From NCBI RefSeq assembly GCF_009914755.1, contig NC_060930.1: 64,000 nucleotides of DNA; one strand, 5' to 3'. Below the pieces are notes generated by a model. It was not told where the DNA came from. It searched no databases and saw only the letters and a program-made list of their open reading frames with translations. Below, piece after piece: positions 16,332 through 30,024 of the stretch (position 1 is its first letter; the number at the start of each line of letters is the position of its first letter). A program made the translations under genes and the position numbers. This DNA comes from the human T2T-CHM13v2.0 reference genome, Homo sapiens.

Positions 16332-17665
16332 CAAGGGGTCTTCAAAAAGTTCATGGAAAATGCAAATTATGAAAAAACTATGAAGAGATTTCAATTTTTT
16401 TGCACCAAAATAAACTTGTACTAGCTTGTTATAACTTGTTTGAACAGGATCTAGTTTGAGGCACTAAGAAGAATAAGACATCACTTTTAAAACAGCTCCT
16501 ATTAGAGCAACATGAATTCTGTGAAAACTGAAGGAAGAACAAACATCAAATTTATGATGAAGCTTGAGTAGAAGAATAGTAAAATCACTGATACTTTACA
16601 AAAAAACTGTATGAGGACAATGACCCAAAGAAATCAACAGTTTACAAATGAATAACTCGTTTTAAAAATGGATGAGATGATATTGAAGAAGCAGCCCACA
16701 GCAGCAGATCATCCACATCAATCTGCAAGGGAAAAGTTCATCTTGTTTATGCTCTTATTTATTTTCCTTTTTTAAAAATTTTTTTTCTTTTTTTTTTCTC
16801 AGAGATTATTGTTCTGATCATGCCCTAGTTGAAGAGAACAGACAATAAACAGCAGAAAAAATAGCTGACACCATACATTTCAACTGGTCCAGCTTATACA
16901 TTTCTAACAGAAAAATTAAAGTTGAGCAAACTATCTACTCCATGGGTACCAAAACCAGAGTGCCCAGATAAGCTGCAGACAAAAGCAGAGCTTTCAATGG
17001 AAATTTTAAACAAGTAGGATCAACTTCCTGAAGCATTTCTTCAAAGCTTTGTAACAGAAGATGAAACATGGTTTTACCAGTATGGTCCTGAAGATGAAGC
17101 ACAATCAAAGCAATGGCTACCAAGAGGTGGCAGTGGTCCAGTCAAAGCAAAAGCAGAGTGGTCAAAAGCAAAGGTCATGGCAACAGTTTTTTGAGATGCT
17201 CAAGGCACTTTTCCTATTGACTTTCTGGAGGACCAAAGATAACATCTGCTTATTATGAGAGTGTTTTGAGAAAGTTAGCCAAAGCTTTAGCAGAAAAATG
17301 CCTGGAAAAGCTTCACCCGAGAGCTCTGCTCATTCCTCTCAAAAAACAAGGGCGACTTTTCAAGAGTTTCAATGGTAAGTCATTAGGCATCCACCTTACA
17401 GTCCTGATGTAGATCCCTCTGTCTTCTTTTTGTTTTAGTCTTAAGTAATCTTTAAAGGGCACTCATTTTTCTTTAGTAATGTAAAAACAACTGCATTGAT
17501 GTAGTAAATTTCTAGGACCCTCAGTTCTTTGGGGATGGACTAAGTGGCTGTTATCATCAGTTACAAAAGTGTCTTGAACTTAATGGAGCTTATGTTGAGA
17601 AATAAAGTTTATATTCGTAATGTTTTTTATTTCCATTTTTCTATGAACTTTCTGAAGTGCCCTCT
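16332..17665 (+). mobile_element. HSMAR2 mariner DNA transposon, full length, decayed transposase
   Basis: TA-flanked inverted termini (caaggggtcttcaaaaagttcatggaaaa / ttttctatgaactttctgaagtgccctct); remnant WVP, DETW and YSPD motifs with stops/frameshifts. Confidence 0.92.
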
Positions 17666-18461
17666 TATGGCCTTAGGACACAGGGGCAGAAGAGTGGGAC
17701 TGAGTTCAACTGATGAAGGTAAGAGCCTTGAAGAATTGGTCCAAGAAGGATCCCGCCTATCAGCTAAGAAAGGAAGGATGTTTGCCATTTATGCAGATCC
17801 TTGAGTTAAAAAAAAAAAAATCTCTCAAGGGAAATCAGAACCCCAGGTCTGCTTGGTAGAATCCAAAGTCTACCTTCATAATGTGGGAGCACAGCTGAAG
17901 AAACTAATGAAAAAACTGGCTGAGCCCTAGGTAGAAGCATTGCAAAATCTGTCTAGAGGGATACTTCCCAACACAGAGCACATAGAACTCCACCAGAAAA
18001 GCAACTCCCACTGAAGACAAGTCACCTTTAAAATATGTAATACATACTAGGGAGCAAACCAATATAAAGGAGAGGTGGCAGATGAAACAAACAGAAGCAA
18101 GAACTGAAAGTAAAAGAGTATCAAAGAGACAGTAAAAAATAAGTATGTTTGAAGTGGTAAAAGAAATTAAAGTAGGGAGAGGAGACAAAAATCATAATAA
18201 AATAACAAGATAGTAAGATTTTTTAAGGGTATAGTTTAAAATACCTATATCAAAAGTTGTGTGATTAGAAATAAAGCTATTGAATTTTAAAATCCAGTGA
18301 ACTCAAATGGGAGCAATATCTGTGGAAATAACCCAAAATGCAATTCAAGGAAATAAAAAATTGGAAAATGCAAACAAATAAGAGTTGTAAAGTAATAAAT
18401 GGTCCAACAGACATCTCCTGATGGCTTCAAAAGGAAATAATAAAAAGAATTAGAAAGAGGC

Positions 18462-18783
<322 letters not shown>

Positions 18784-19548
18784 TCAGTTGTAAGATGAAT
18801 ACATACTAGGGATCTAAGGTACAGCATGGTAATTATAGTTAACAATCCTGTATTGTATACTTGAAATTTGTTAAGAGAGTAGATCTTAAATATTCCTATC
18901 AAACACAAACAAACAAAGAAACAGTCAATAAATAAATAAATGAGGTGATGGATAGGTTCATTACCTGGTTTGTGGCAGTCATTTCACAATGTACACAAAT
19001 ATCAAAACATCACATCTTTCCTGGTAAATACAGCCAATTTTTATTTGTCAATTATACCTTCGTAAAGCTAGAGGGAAAAAATATGTAAAGAGATAATGGC
19101 AAACAATTTTCTAGAATTGATGAAAGAAAAAAAAATCCTTATATCCAGAGAGTACAAGAAGTTCTGAGCCGGATTAAAGTAAATCTATTCCTATGTTCAC
19201 TGAAATCAAACTGTAGAACAACAAAGACAAAGAGTAGATCCTATAAGGAGCCAGAGACGAAAGACAGATGATCTTAAAAGGAACAATCATCAGACTGACA
19301 GCAATATTTTCATTGGTAAGAATAGATGCTAGGAAATAATGGAAATAAAATCTAGAAAGTATAGAGGAACAAAAACTGCCAATCTAGAACTTTATACTCA
19401 CTGTTAGCACTCAAGAGTAATAATAAAATAAAGGTTCTTTTAAGATAAAGACTGAGTTTACTATGCATATATTCTTACTAAAAGAGTTACTATATGACAT
19501 TTGGGGCTGGATGAAACTTTTAAAAAAAGAGTTATTATAAGAAAAGCT

Positions 19549-19843
19549 GGCTGGACGCGGTGGCTCACGCCTGTAATCCTAACACTTTGGGAGGCCAAGG
19601 CGGGCAGATCACGAGGTCAGGAGTTTCAAACCAGCCTGGCCAACATAGTGAAACCCCATTTCTACTAAAAATACAAAAATTAGCCAGGTGTGGTGGCACG
19701 TGCCTATAGTCCCAGCTACTCGGGAGGCTGAGGCAGGAGAATCGCTTAAACCTGGGAGGCGGAATTGCAGTGAGCCGAGACCACACCATTTCACTCCAGT
19801 CTGGGTGACAGAGTGAGACTCCATCTTAAAAAAAAAAAAAAAA
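19549..19843 (+). mobile_element. AluS
   Basis: Full dimer. Confidence 0.95.
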
Positions 19844-20589
19844 AGTGCTGAACAGCAAGGATGAAAGAAGCATTGGTAAGTAAGAAACTGGCTAGCATGT
19901 TGGTAAATAATAATAAAATATTATTCAAACTAAAATGTCAAATAATAATAAAGTGAAAGATGACAGAGAGGGAAACTGACATTAAAGTATAGTAAGGTCA
20001 TATACTTTTAGAGAACAAAAACATTTATTAACTTTAGATTTTTGTGAGGAGAAAGGCTGCAATTTTTTTTTATTGATACATAATAGTTGTATATATTTTG
20101 AGGGTATTTTGGTACATGCATACAATGTGTAATGTTACTAACTTTCAATTTTTTAAAGTAAATATGCATGTTAAAAATAAAACAGTCCCTTCTCTATAGA
20201 AGCTTCTACTATCCAGGAACAGGATAAGTGATGTTAAAAGGCATGCCCAGTGAGCAAGAATGCCATCAGGGAAAGAGAAATGAGATGAGGGCATTAGGGA
20301 AGCCTTCAACAACATGATGTTTAAGCTCTATCCTTAGAAATTAGCCATTTGTTGAAAAAATGCAATCCAGTCTCTGGGGACTGACTGTACATAAAAGGCA
20401 TGGACTCTTGGAAGAGTTGGCATATTTTGAGTGGTTCCATATGGGTGTAATGTAGAATAGGTGTGGGTTATGATGAGATAAGAAGATGAAAAAAGGTAGA
20501 CCAAGAAGAAATGTTAAAGAACTATATAGGTGACATTAAGAGATCTGCGCTTTATTTAGTAGGTGGTGGGGGCATATCGAAGATATTTT

Positions 20590-21300
<711 letters not shown>

Positions 21301-21737
21301 ATAACATTTAAAATTTATAACCAGGGGAGTAATGTGTTCATGTAACTGCTTTAGAAAGGTAACCCTAGAAGGAGATTAAAGGATACCACTTGCGAACCAA
21401 AAGATGAACCTGTTTCCAGAAAGTGCAAATGGTCAAACAGGTGGAAGAAGTCTAGTAAAATGAAGTCAGAAATGTCTCTAAGTTTGGGAAAAGCAGTTGT
21501 AGTATAGTAGGGGATAGGAAACATTGAAGACTAGTTAACCTAGTTAGCATGCTCAGAAACACATATCTGCATGGGAAGACCTTTCCTATACTACAATAAA
21601 TTTTGAACATTTGGCACCTATGTTTAAGACAAAAGAGGTTGAAGACACCAAATTAACAAAATATTTTAGCCTCTTAAGCAATACAAATATACTGAGAGAG
21701 ATGGTAAAAACAGTTTTCTTGAAAATGAGACATCTTA

Positions 21738-22005
21738 GGCCTTGTATGGTGGCTGATGACTGTAATCCCAGCACTTTGGGAGGCGGAGGTGAGCAGGTCA
21801 CTTGCGCCCAGGAGTTCAAAACCAGTCGGGGCAACATGGCAAGATCTTGTCTCTATAAAAACTATAACAATTAGTTGGGCTTGGTGGTATGCGCCTGTAG
21901 TCTCAGTTACTCAGGAGGCTGAGGTGGGAGGAGGCAGAGGCTGCAGTGAGCCAAGATCGTGGCACTGTACTTCAGCCTGGGTGACAGAGCAAGACCGTGT
22001 CAGAA
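21738..22005 (+). mobile_element. AluJ
   Basis: Diverged dimer whose tail runs into a purine tract. Confidence 0.9.
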
Positions 22006-22301
22006 AGAGAAGGGGAGGGGAGGGGAGAGAAATGAAGGGGAGGGGAGGGGAGGGGAGGAAGGAGAGAGAGAAAGAAGAAAGGAAGGGAAGGGAAGGGAAA
22101 GAAGGAAGGAAGGAGTAGGGAGGGGAAGGGGAGGGAAGGAGGGAGGGAGGGAGGGAAGTAAGGGAAAGAAAGAAAGAGAGAGAGAAAGAAAGAGAAAGAA
22201 GGAAAGGAAGAAAGGAAAGAAAGAGAAAGAAAAAAAGAAAAGAAAGAAAGGGAAGGAAGGAAGGAGAGAGAGAAAGAAAGAAAGAAGAAAAGAAAAGAAA
22301 G
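22003..22301. repeat. ~300-bp GA-rich homopurine low-complexity tract
   Basis: GGGGA, GGAA and GAAA units; almost no pyrimidines on +. Confidence 0.95.
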
Positions 22302-22714
22302 ACATTTTAAAGGGTTATTCTGAAAAAATTTTGAAGGTAACTCTGTTACAATGATTACAAGACAGTGCAGCTACACATCATGTACTTCATCTTAATGATG
22401 AAAACAAAAGATGGTAAGGTATGCTGACATAATCACAATCTTAGAATAACAGAACAGGATTGTGATCCTGGGAAGGGACAGCCCATACTTCCCCATCATC
22501 ACATGAATAAACATCCTATCAACTGTAATGCTTAAAATGTATGGGTGTTATGGGTGGCAACGCTGGAGTTAATTTACCCTCCATGCTTATATTCTGATGC
22601 TTAATAGCATGGAATGACCCCAACTTTGAAAATTCATTTTTAGGCCTGAATTATCCTCTTATTCAAGCTACATTGCTTAAATTAAATAGATGCTTACTAT
22701 AATCCTTTGCTGCA

Positions 22715-23000
22715 TTTTTTTTTTTTGAATTAGAGTCTTGCTCTGTGGCCCAGGCTGGAGTGCAGTGAGGCAATCTGGGCTCACCGCAACCTCCGCCTCC
22801 CGGAGTTCAAGTGATTCGCCTGCCTCAGCTGGGATTACAGGCGCCCACCACTATGCCTGGCTAATTTTTGTATTTTTAGTAGAGATGGGGTTTCACCATG
22901 TTGGCCAGGCTGGTCTCGAACTCCTGACCTCAGGTGATCCGTCCATTTCGGACTCCCAAAGTGCTGGGATTATAGGCATGAGCCACCGCGTTCCCAGCCT
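22715..23000 (-). mobile_element. AluS
   Basis: Dimer, TSD cctttgct. Confidence 0.93.
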
Positions 23001-23322
23001 CCTTTGCTTTTTTGAACTTAAGGAAAAGAATGACCAGCAAGTTGGCAGGCAGGATAATTCTACAATATTATTTAGAAGGAAAAATAACTAAAACTTGAAC
23101 ACTATTATCTTTACCTACTGGTGTCATTTAAGCAGCTCTACTTTAAAACTTAAACACCTACTGTTAAAAGACCCTGCAAAATGATGATGCCAGATGTTAC
23201 TCTGGCTCAACCATTTTTATTGTTTAATACAAATAAATGAGAAAATATTTTCTTATTATTGAATTCACATGAATAGTGTCTAAAGGTACAGATTTTTAAA
23301 GACAAATAGAAAAATAACCTAC

Positions 23323-23431
23323 ACTATTCGGGTAATGGGTACACTAAAAGCCCAGACTTTGACACTACACAATATATCCACATAACAAAACTGCACTTGT
23401 ACACTCTAAATCTATAAAAAAAATTTTAAAA
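23323..23431 (+). mobile_element. ~100-bp L1MA 3' end
   Basis: gggtacactaaaagcccagactt...ctgcacttgtac; flanked by the direct repeat ACAAATAGAAAAATAACCTAC. Confidence 0.8.
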
Positions 23432-23719
23432 ACAAATAGAAAAATAACCTACCAATTATTCTAGGCCTACTAAAGCAAAGCTCCTTCCTTGGGGGTATTA
23501 AGCTACCAGAATATTAAATTGACATGATTTTATGATTTTGATTATTATATTTATTATTGTTGCTGTTATAAAGGTGCTGCAAGGAAAAATTTATGCATTT
23601 TATGATGATTTGATATCATAAATCAGAACAAGCTTTGGACATGTCAAAATAAATCTATTTTTTAGTACCAAATTATTTTTAAGGTATGAAAAATATTTCC
23701 TGAAAAAGAACACATCTCA

Positions 23720-23990
23720 AAAATAACAACACTTATTGAAGCGTTACTATTAAAACATGCCAGGCAATGAGCAAAGATCTCTTAAACATATTATTGTATT
23801 TAATTCTTACAGGAATTTCGTTAAGTAGGTCCCATTGTTATCTCTATTTTACAGGTGAGGAAACTGAGCCTTAGAGGGTTTAGAGAATTTGCCAAATGTG
23901 AGACAGCCACTAAGTGGCAGAGCCACGCCCAAACCCACACCCTCTGACCTGGCAATCTGCAGCACTCCGTTCCAGAAACGGGCATACCTG
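23720..23990 (-). mobile_element. MIR
   Basis: ttttacaggtgaggaaactgag core. Confidence 0.75.
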
Positions 23991-24000
23991 GCTCTACATA

Positions 24001-24559
24001 CAGCAGTGCCTCAATAACATAGTTTCATTCAACGTTGGTGACAAAAAAATTCCTGGCCAGGGCCACTGTCTATGTGGAGTCTGTTCATTCTCCTCATGTC
24101 TGCGTGGGTTTTCTCTGGGCTTCGGTTTCCTTCACATCCCAAAGCTGTGCATATGTCTACATGGTCCCCGTCTGAGTGAGTGGGTGTGTCTGTGAAAGTG
24201 CACCCTGTGATGGGATAGCTTCCTGGACAGGGGAGAGGGGGGGTTCCCACTCTGAACCAGAGAGACTCTGGCTACCCATGACCTTGAACTGTAATAATTG
24301 GGTAAATAATGATCTTGTTTTTACTAATCCTTCTTAACTGTATGTATAGATCCCATTTATTTCTATGTTTAATATTAGAAGTGTTGTGGTCTTTATTTAG
24401 AAGTTTGGTGATTTTTTTATGACCAGAAATATGCTGTAGGAACTTAACTCTTGTTTATATCAATTAGCCTGTGGTAAAATTGGTTTCCTTATACCTCGTT
24501 GTGCTTAAAGGTTCACAGTTTCCAAGAACGTATCAAGAATGTTAAGTGAGGACTTACTG
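24001..24559 (+). mobile_element. MER6A (TcMar-Tigger non-autonomous element)
   Basis: TA-flanked cagcag.../...gaggacttactg termini; internal tgtctgcgtgggttttctc...catcccaaag segment. Confidence 0.8.
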
Positions 24560-25725
24560 TATTTATTTAAAGAGAATGCTTCCTATCTATTGGCTAGGGA
24601 AAAAAAAAAAAGTCAAGAAAATTTAACAGCAACTCTATTCTTTTACATTCATACATTACCAAAGCTCTCTTTTGGCTATTTTTAATTCATAAAGATTTTG
24701 GCTGAATTATTTTCATTATTTCGAAACAAAAATTAAGTTCTTGCCTCGGCATTTTGCATTACAAATGCAAATGCATTACAAATGGTTAATACAAATAAAT
24801 CAGAGTACTTAGGTAATATGTTTACATTTCCCTTTTTCAAATTACAGAGGAATTCACCTTTCTCTGTGACTCCTACGTCTATAACTGAACTGACATCTCC
24901 AGTTTTCCTCATCTGAATTAAAAATAATACTAAAAAAAGCACAAAATAAAAGTTTACATTTGGCATAACTTTAGTAGTCTCTACAATTGTGGTCTTCTTA
25001 TAATAAATTGAAGCATTTGGAAAGTGAGCATGTATTTCAGGAATAAAGAAATAAATACCAACATTTACTTCCAAAATTCTTGTGTGTGGGGGGGAACATT
25101 GTCTACAATTTATTTTTTCTGTTACTATCAAAAACATCATTCAACTTTTCAATTCAAGCAGTGGAAAAAATACTAACATTTAACCGACAAACAAAAATGT
25201 TTTGATGAACAAACCAGCAATAAAAGTGTACATGAGTATGTATATCATATTTTTCCTCCTTGTATTTAATTAACAAATGACCTTAAGATGATAACTCTCA
25301 AAATTTCAGGTTTATCCTCCCGATTAATTTGTGACATTCCTTGGAGGGAATTCAAAGGGAAGAAGAGAAAGGTTTTAAGCTTCAGGTTATGGTAAGGAAC
25401 AGAGACAAAATGCATTTAGCAAATAATAGGAAAGATCACATAAATAGTTCTGAATGAAGTTTAAAGAAAACGATTCCTTACTTCTAAAAAAATGCAATTC
25501 GTGAGGTTGGGAAAAGACACTCAAATTTCCCCGACTCCACCCTACTAGTCAACAATCAGTGCAGCAATCAAAAAATGCCCTTTCCTGAATGCCCAGAAGA
25601 ATCTTAAGAAACTCACCTTCTGAACTCAGGGCGTCTCGATTCTACTTTTGTTGGGTATTGGCCTGCCTACTGGCTGCCCTCTTTCCTATTTCTCGGCCAG
25701 GCGCGCTGCGAAGTAGATACCGTAC

Positions 25726-26180
25726 CTGGGGTCACTGCTGGCGACACTGAAGCTCGCCCCATGCGTTGCTGCTGGCCCTGAGCATCACTCGCCGTCCCAC
25801 TTGTTCCTCCTCGTCGTCATCGCAGGTCTTACACACACACACACACACACACGTTCACACCCTCGCGCGCGCACCTGCTGTTAAGAGGTACAGCCCCACC
25901 CCAGCAAAATCCTCGCTTCCTCTTCCCCGGGACGTAGCCCCAGAGGAGCGAATCTGGACCAAGCCCAAGACAGGCTGAAGCTACTGCTGCGCTCTCACCT
26001 CCGGCAGTGACAGCGAGCGCCGCCGCCGCTCTGCGCGGGGCCAGCCAGGCCCGCCGAGGGCAGCACAGGTGGAGCAAGGTTGCACCCCCGGGGGATCCCC
26101 GCCCACCGCCCGCGGCAGCTTCTGCAGGCTCGGGGAAAGCGCGCGCCAGTGATTCAGCGCCTTTCCGCCGCCGCGGTTAC
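25726..26180 (-). other. KIAA0319: KIAA0319 non-coding exon 1 (5'UTR); TSS approximate
   Basis: CpG island ~4 kb downstream of the TDP2 3' end on the same strand (known gene order); donor CAG|GTACGG at 25726/25725; contains the (GT)n repeat and matches the KIAA0319 5'UTR as I recall it. Confidence 0.85.
25831..25852. repeat. (AC)11 microsatellite in the KIAA0319 5'UTR
   Basis: Read directly. Confidence 0.95.
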
Positions 26181-26189
26181 CACGGCGAC
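26176..26189. promoter_or_regulatory. RFX X-box motif
   Basis: GTTACCACGGCGAC (rc GTCGCCGTGGTAAC) resembles the X-box GTTGCCATGGCAAC. Confidence 0.7.
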
Positions 26190-26859
26190 GCGCGCGCACG
26201 CGCACACACGCCCTCAGGGATGTGGGGCGCGGCAGCCGCTCCTGCCCAGCTCCCCGGTTGCGCTCTAAGTACCCGCACCGGGGCGACACACTCCCACCCC
26301 GCAGGGGACCAAGCAAAAGTCTTTCGTGAACCTGAGCGGCCTTCATACCCTACCTGCTTTCCTTCACCAAGCCCTTCCCTGTCACCGTGGCCCTAAACAG
26401 TCTGGGGGATGAACACTCCTTCCAAATAAACACCCGGGCCAGGGTGGCTCAAGGGAGCCGTGGGTGCACTGCCTGGGTCAAACACCCTTCGCGAATGTGT
26501 CCCCCAGCTTGTCCCCAGCTTGTGTCACCCTAGCTACACAAGTTCCATTCTTCCAGTGGGAGTCTCTTTGGCCCCTACTCTGTAATTATCTTTCTATTTT
26601 GAGCAGGTGCTTTCTGACTGAGACTGGGAACCTGTGCTAGGAGGGGCTCCCATCACCTCCAGGCCTTGCAGGTTAACTGGATGCCCAGTATAGTTTGACA
26701 TTTGCATCTTGAGGAACGTGATAATCTAAACCACAGAAAACTTGGGTGGAAGACTCTTGCATTTTTACTGTTTTAATAAAGATGCGAAAGCATCTAGGGA
26801 TAATATCATGAGCAGAAAAGGTAGCCAGGGCATTCCTCGCACATCTCATTACTAGGAGG

Positions 26860-27050
26860 TATAGTGCAGTGCTTAGGGCTGAGTCACACACTCTTGATGT
26901 ATAAGCTTCTTGGCTACTCGTATTTACCGAAGAGCCTTAGACAAGTTACCTAATCTAGATAAACCTGTTTCCTCAATTATAAAATGAAGATAATAGCATT
27001 CATATAGGATGATTCTGGGAATCAAATAAGATAATGCACATTTAAAGAGT
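26860..27050 (+). mobile_element. MIR
   Basis: ttagacaagttacctaat...tttcctcaattataaaatgaagataatag. Confidence 0.7.
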
Positions 27051-27057
27051 AAAAACC

Positions 27058-27429
<372 letters not shown>

Positions 27430-28367
27430 TCAGCTTGGACTTGGAAAAGTTAGTACTGCCAATGATCAATGATCAGGCTGAGAGGACAAATACAAAGTCA
27501 GAAGCAAAATTAACAGGCAATGTTGTTTCCTCTGAAGTCACGCAGCAGGTACAAAACAACACAACTCCTTGTGTTCCATTTTTGAATGACTACTACTTTC
27601 TACCTTTGCTTTACTATTCCCATCCATAACTGGGGATACCCAATTGCTAAACTCCCTTCACCTCCTGACAGCACCCAATCCCTCATTAATCCCCCTTTCT
27701 CTCAATCTGCCTCAGAAACAGCAACCAACTGGATCCCAGCTCTGATTCCAAGACTCTCCCTGGAATCCTTTAATAGGAAGCCAAATCTTTACAAAAGACA
27801 CTTCCTCCTTTCTCTGCTCACATGGCATTCCACAGGTACTCTTTCAATGCATCAAGCCAATGAATCTGATTTTGTCCCCAACGATCCTTGGCTGATTAGC
27901 CTTTAAAGAAACATATTTTTAGCACATACACACACACACAGGCTTAGCCCAGAATGTTTAACTATACCATCTTTTTAACTCAGAGACACTGTAATGAATA
28001 TCTATTTTCATTTTTAATGAATATATCTATTTTGGTATTGTATGAAAATGTTAGTCTCCTTCTTTAGGACACAGATGTGAGGCTACTACCTTTCACTTCT
28101 TTTCAGCATTCAATGGACATCCATTGAGCTCCTACTATATGCCAGACACTGCAAGAGGTAGTAAGGATAAAATGATGTATCCTTAGTATAATTAACTTTG
28201 TCTGCTCTTGCTTATGCTTTTGGTTGGGACATTTGTACAATAAAAGATAACTTATTTTGAGGGTGGGTAAAACTGAGGTTTAGGAAGGTTAAAGTACATT
28301 CCACATCAGTGGTAAAAATGGTGCTTAGCGTAATGACAGTGCTGCCTCATTGAAATACAAGACTTTA

Positions 28368-28622
28368 GGCCACGTACAGTGGCTCATGCCTATAATCCCA
28401 GCACTTTGTGGGCGAGGCAGGAGGATTGAGTGAGCCCCGGAGTTCGAGGCCAGCCTGGGCAACATAGCAAGATCCTCTCTGTACAAAAAACAAAAACAAA
28501 TAAAAAGTAGCTGGGTGTGTGGTGCACACCTGTAATCCCAGCTACCCAAGAGTCTGAGGCTAGAGGATCACTTGTGCCCAGGAGGTTGAGACTGAAAAAA
28601 AAAAAAAAAAAAAAAAAAAAAA
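28368..28622 (+). mobile_element. AluJ (right arm truncated)
   Basis: Diverged Alu with long A tail. Confidence 0.9.
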
Positions 28623-28786
28623 CCCAGAAGATTCTATGTTGGAATTTCACTAAGCAGGAAGGTAAGGCAAGCAAAGCTACTACACTGGAAAAACTTTGAA
28701 AAATTCCAAGTAAAAAACTCAAGATATAGCAAATTAGTAGGTTAATTCATTGATAACTATTGCTCATGAAAGCAGACTAAAAGTGG

Positions 28787-29075
<289 letters not shown>

Positions 29076-29078
29076 TAA

Positions 29079-29559
<481 letters not shown>

Positions 29560-29725
29560 TAAGAATTTAGACTTTCACCCATCTATGTTTTGCAATGTGA
29601 TCTGAAGTTCTAACTTAGCTCTTCTAAATGAAAGCAATTTATGCCAGAATAACCCTTTTCCCACAGAAATGTACTATTGTATTACCTCTATGATGTATGC
29701 TACTCTACTATTAACATCTATTCTC

Positions 29726-30024
29726 ATTTTTTATTTTATTTTTGAGATGGAGTCTCACTCTGTTGCCCAGGCTGGAGTGCAGTGGCACGATCTTGGCTCA
29801 CTGCAAGTTCTGCTTCCTGGGTTCGTGCCATTCTCCTGCCTCAGCCTCCTGAGTAGCTGGGACTACAAGCACTAGCCATCACGTCCGGCTAATTTTTTGT
29901 ATTTTTAGTAGAGACAGGGTTTCACCGTGTTAGCCAGGATGGTCTCGATCTCCTGACCTCGTGATCCACCCGCCTCAGCCTCCCAAAGTGCTGGGATTAC
30001 AGGTGTGAGCCACTGCACCCGGCC
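29726..30024 (-). mobile_element. AluY
   Basis: ccgtgttagccaggatggtctcgatctcc diagnostic; TSD ctcattttttatttt. Confidence 0.95.

Larger units (their letters stand above)
25630..26350. promoter_or_regulatory. KIAA0319: KIAA0319 promoter CpG island
   Basis: Dense CpG/GC segment in an otherwise AT-rich, CpG-depleted context. Confidence 0.9.

Noticed and set aside
21959-22354. K/E/R/G-rich ORFs and the complementary F/S/L/P-rich ORF
   Set aside because: Artefact of the stop-free homopurine tract.
24733-25140. 135-aa minus-strand ORF near KIAA0319 exon 1
   Set aside because: AT-rich intronic sequence, no recognisable homology or convincing splice signals.
25981-26396. Overlapping 120-130 aa ORFs in the KIAA0319 CpG island
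   Set aside because: GC-rich, stop-poor sequence; KIAA0319 exon 1 is non-coding and no homology is recognisable.
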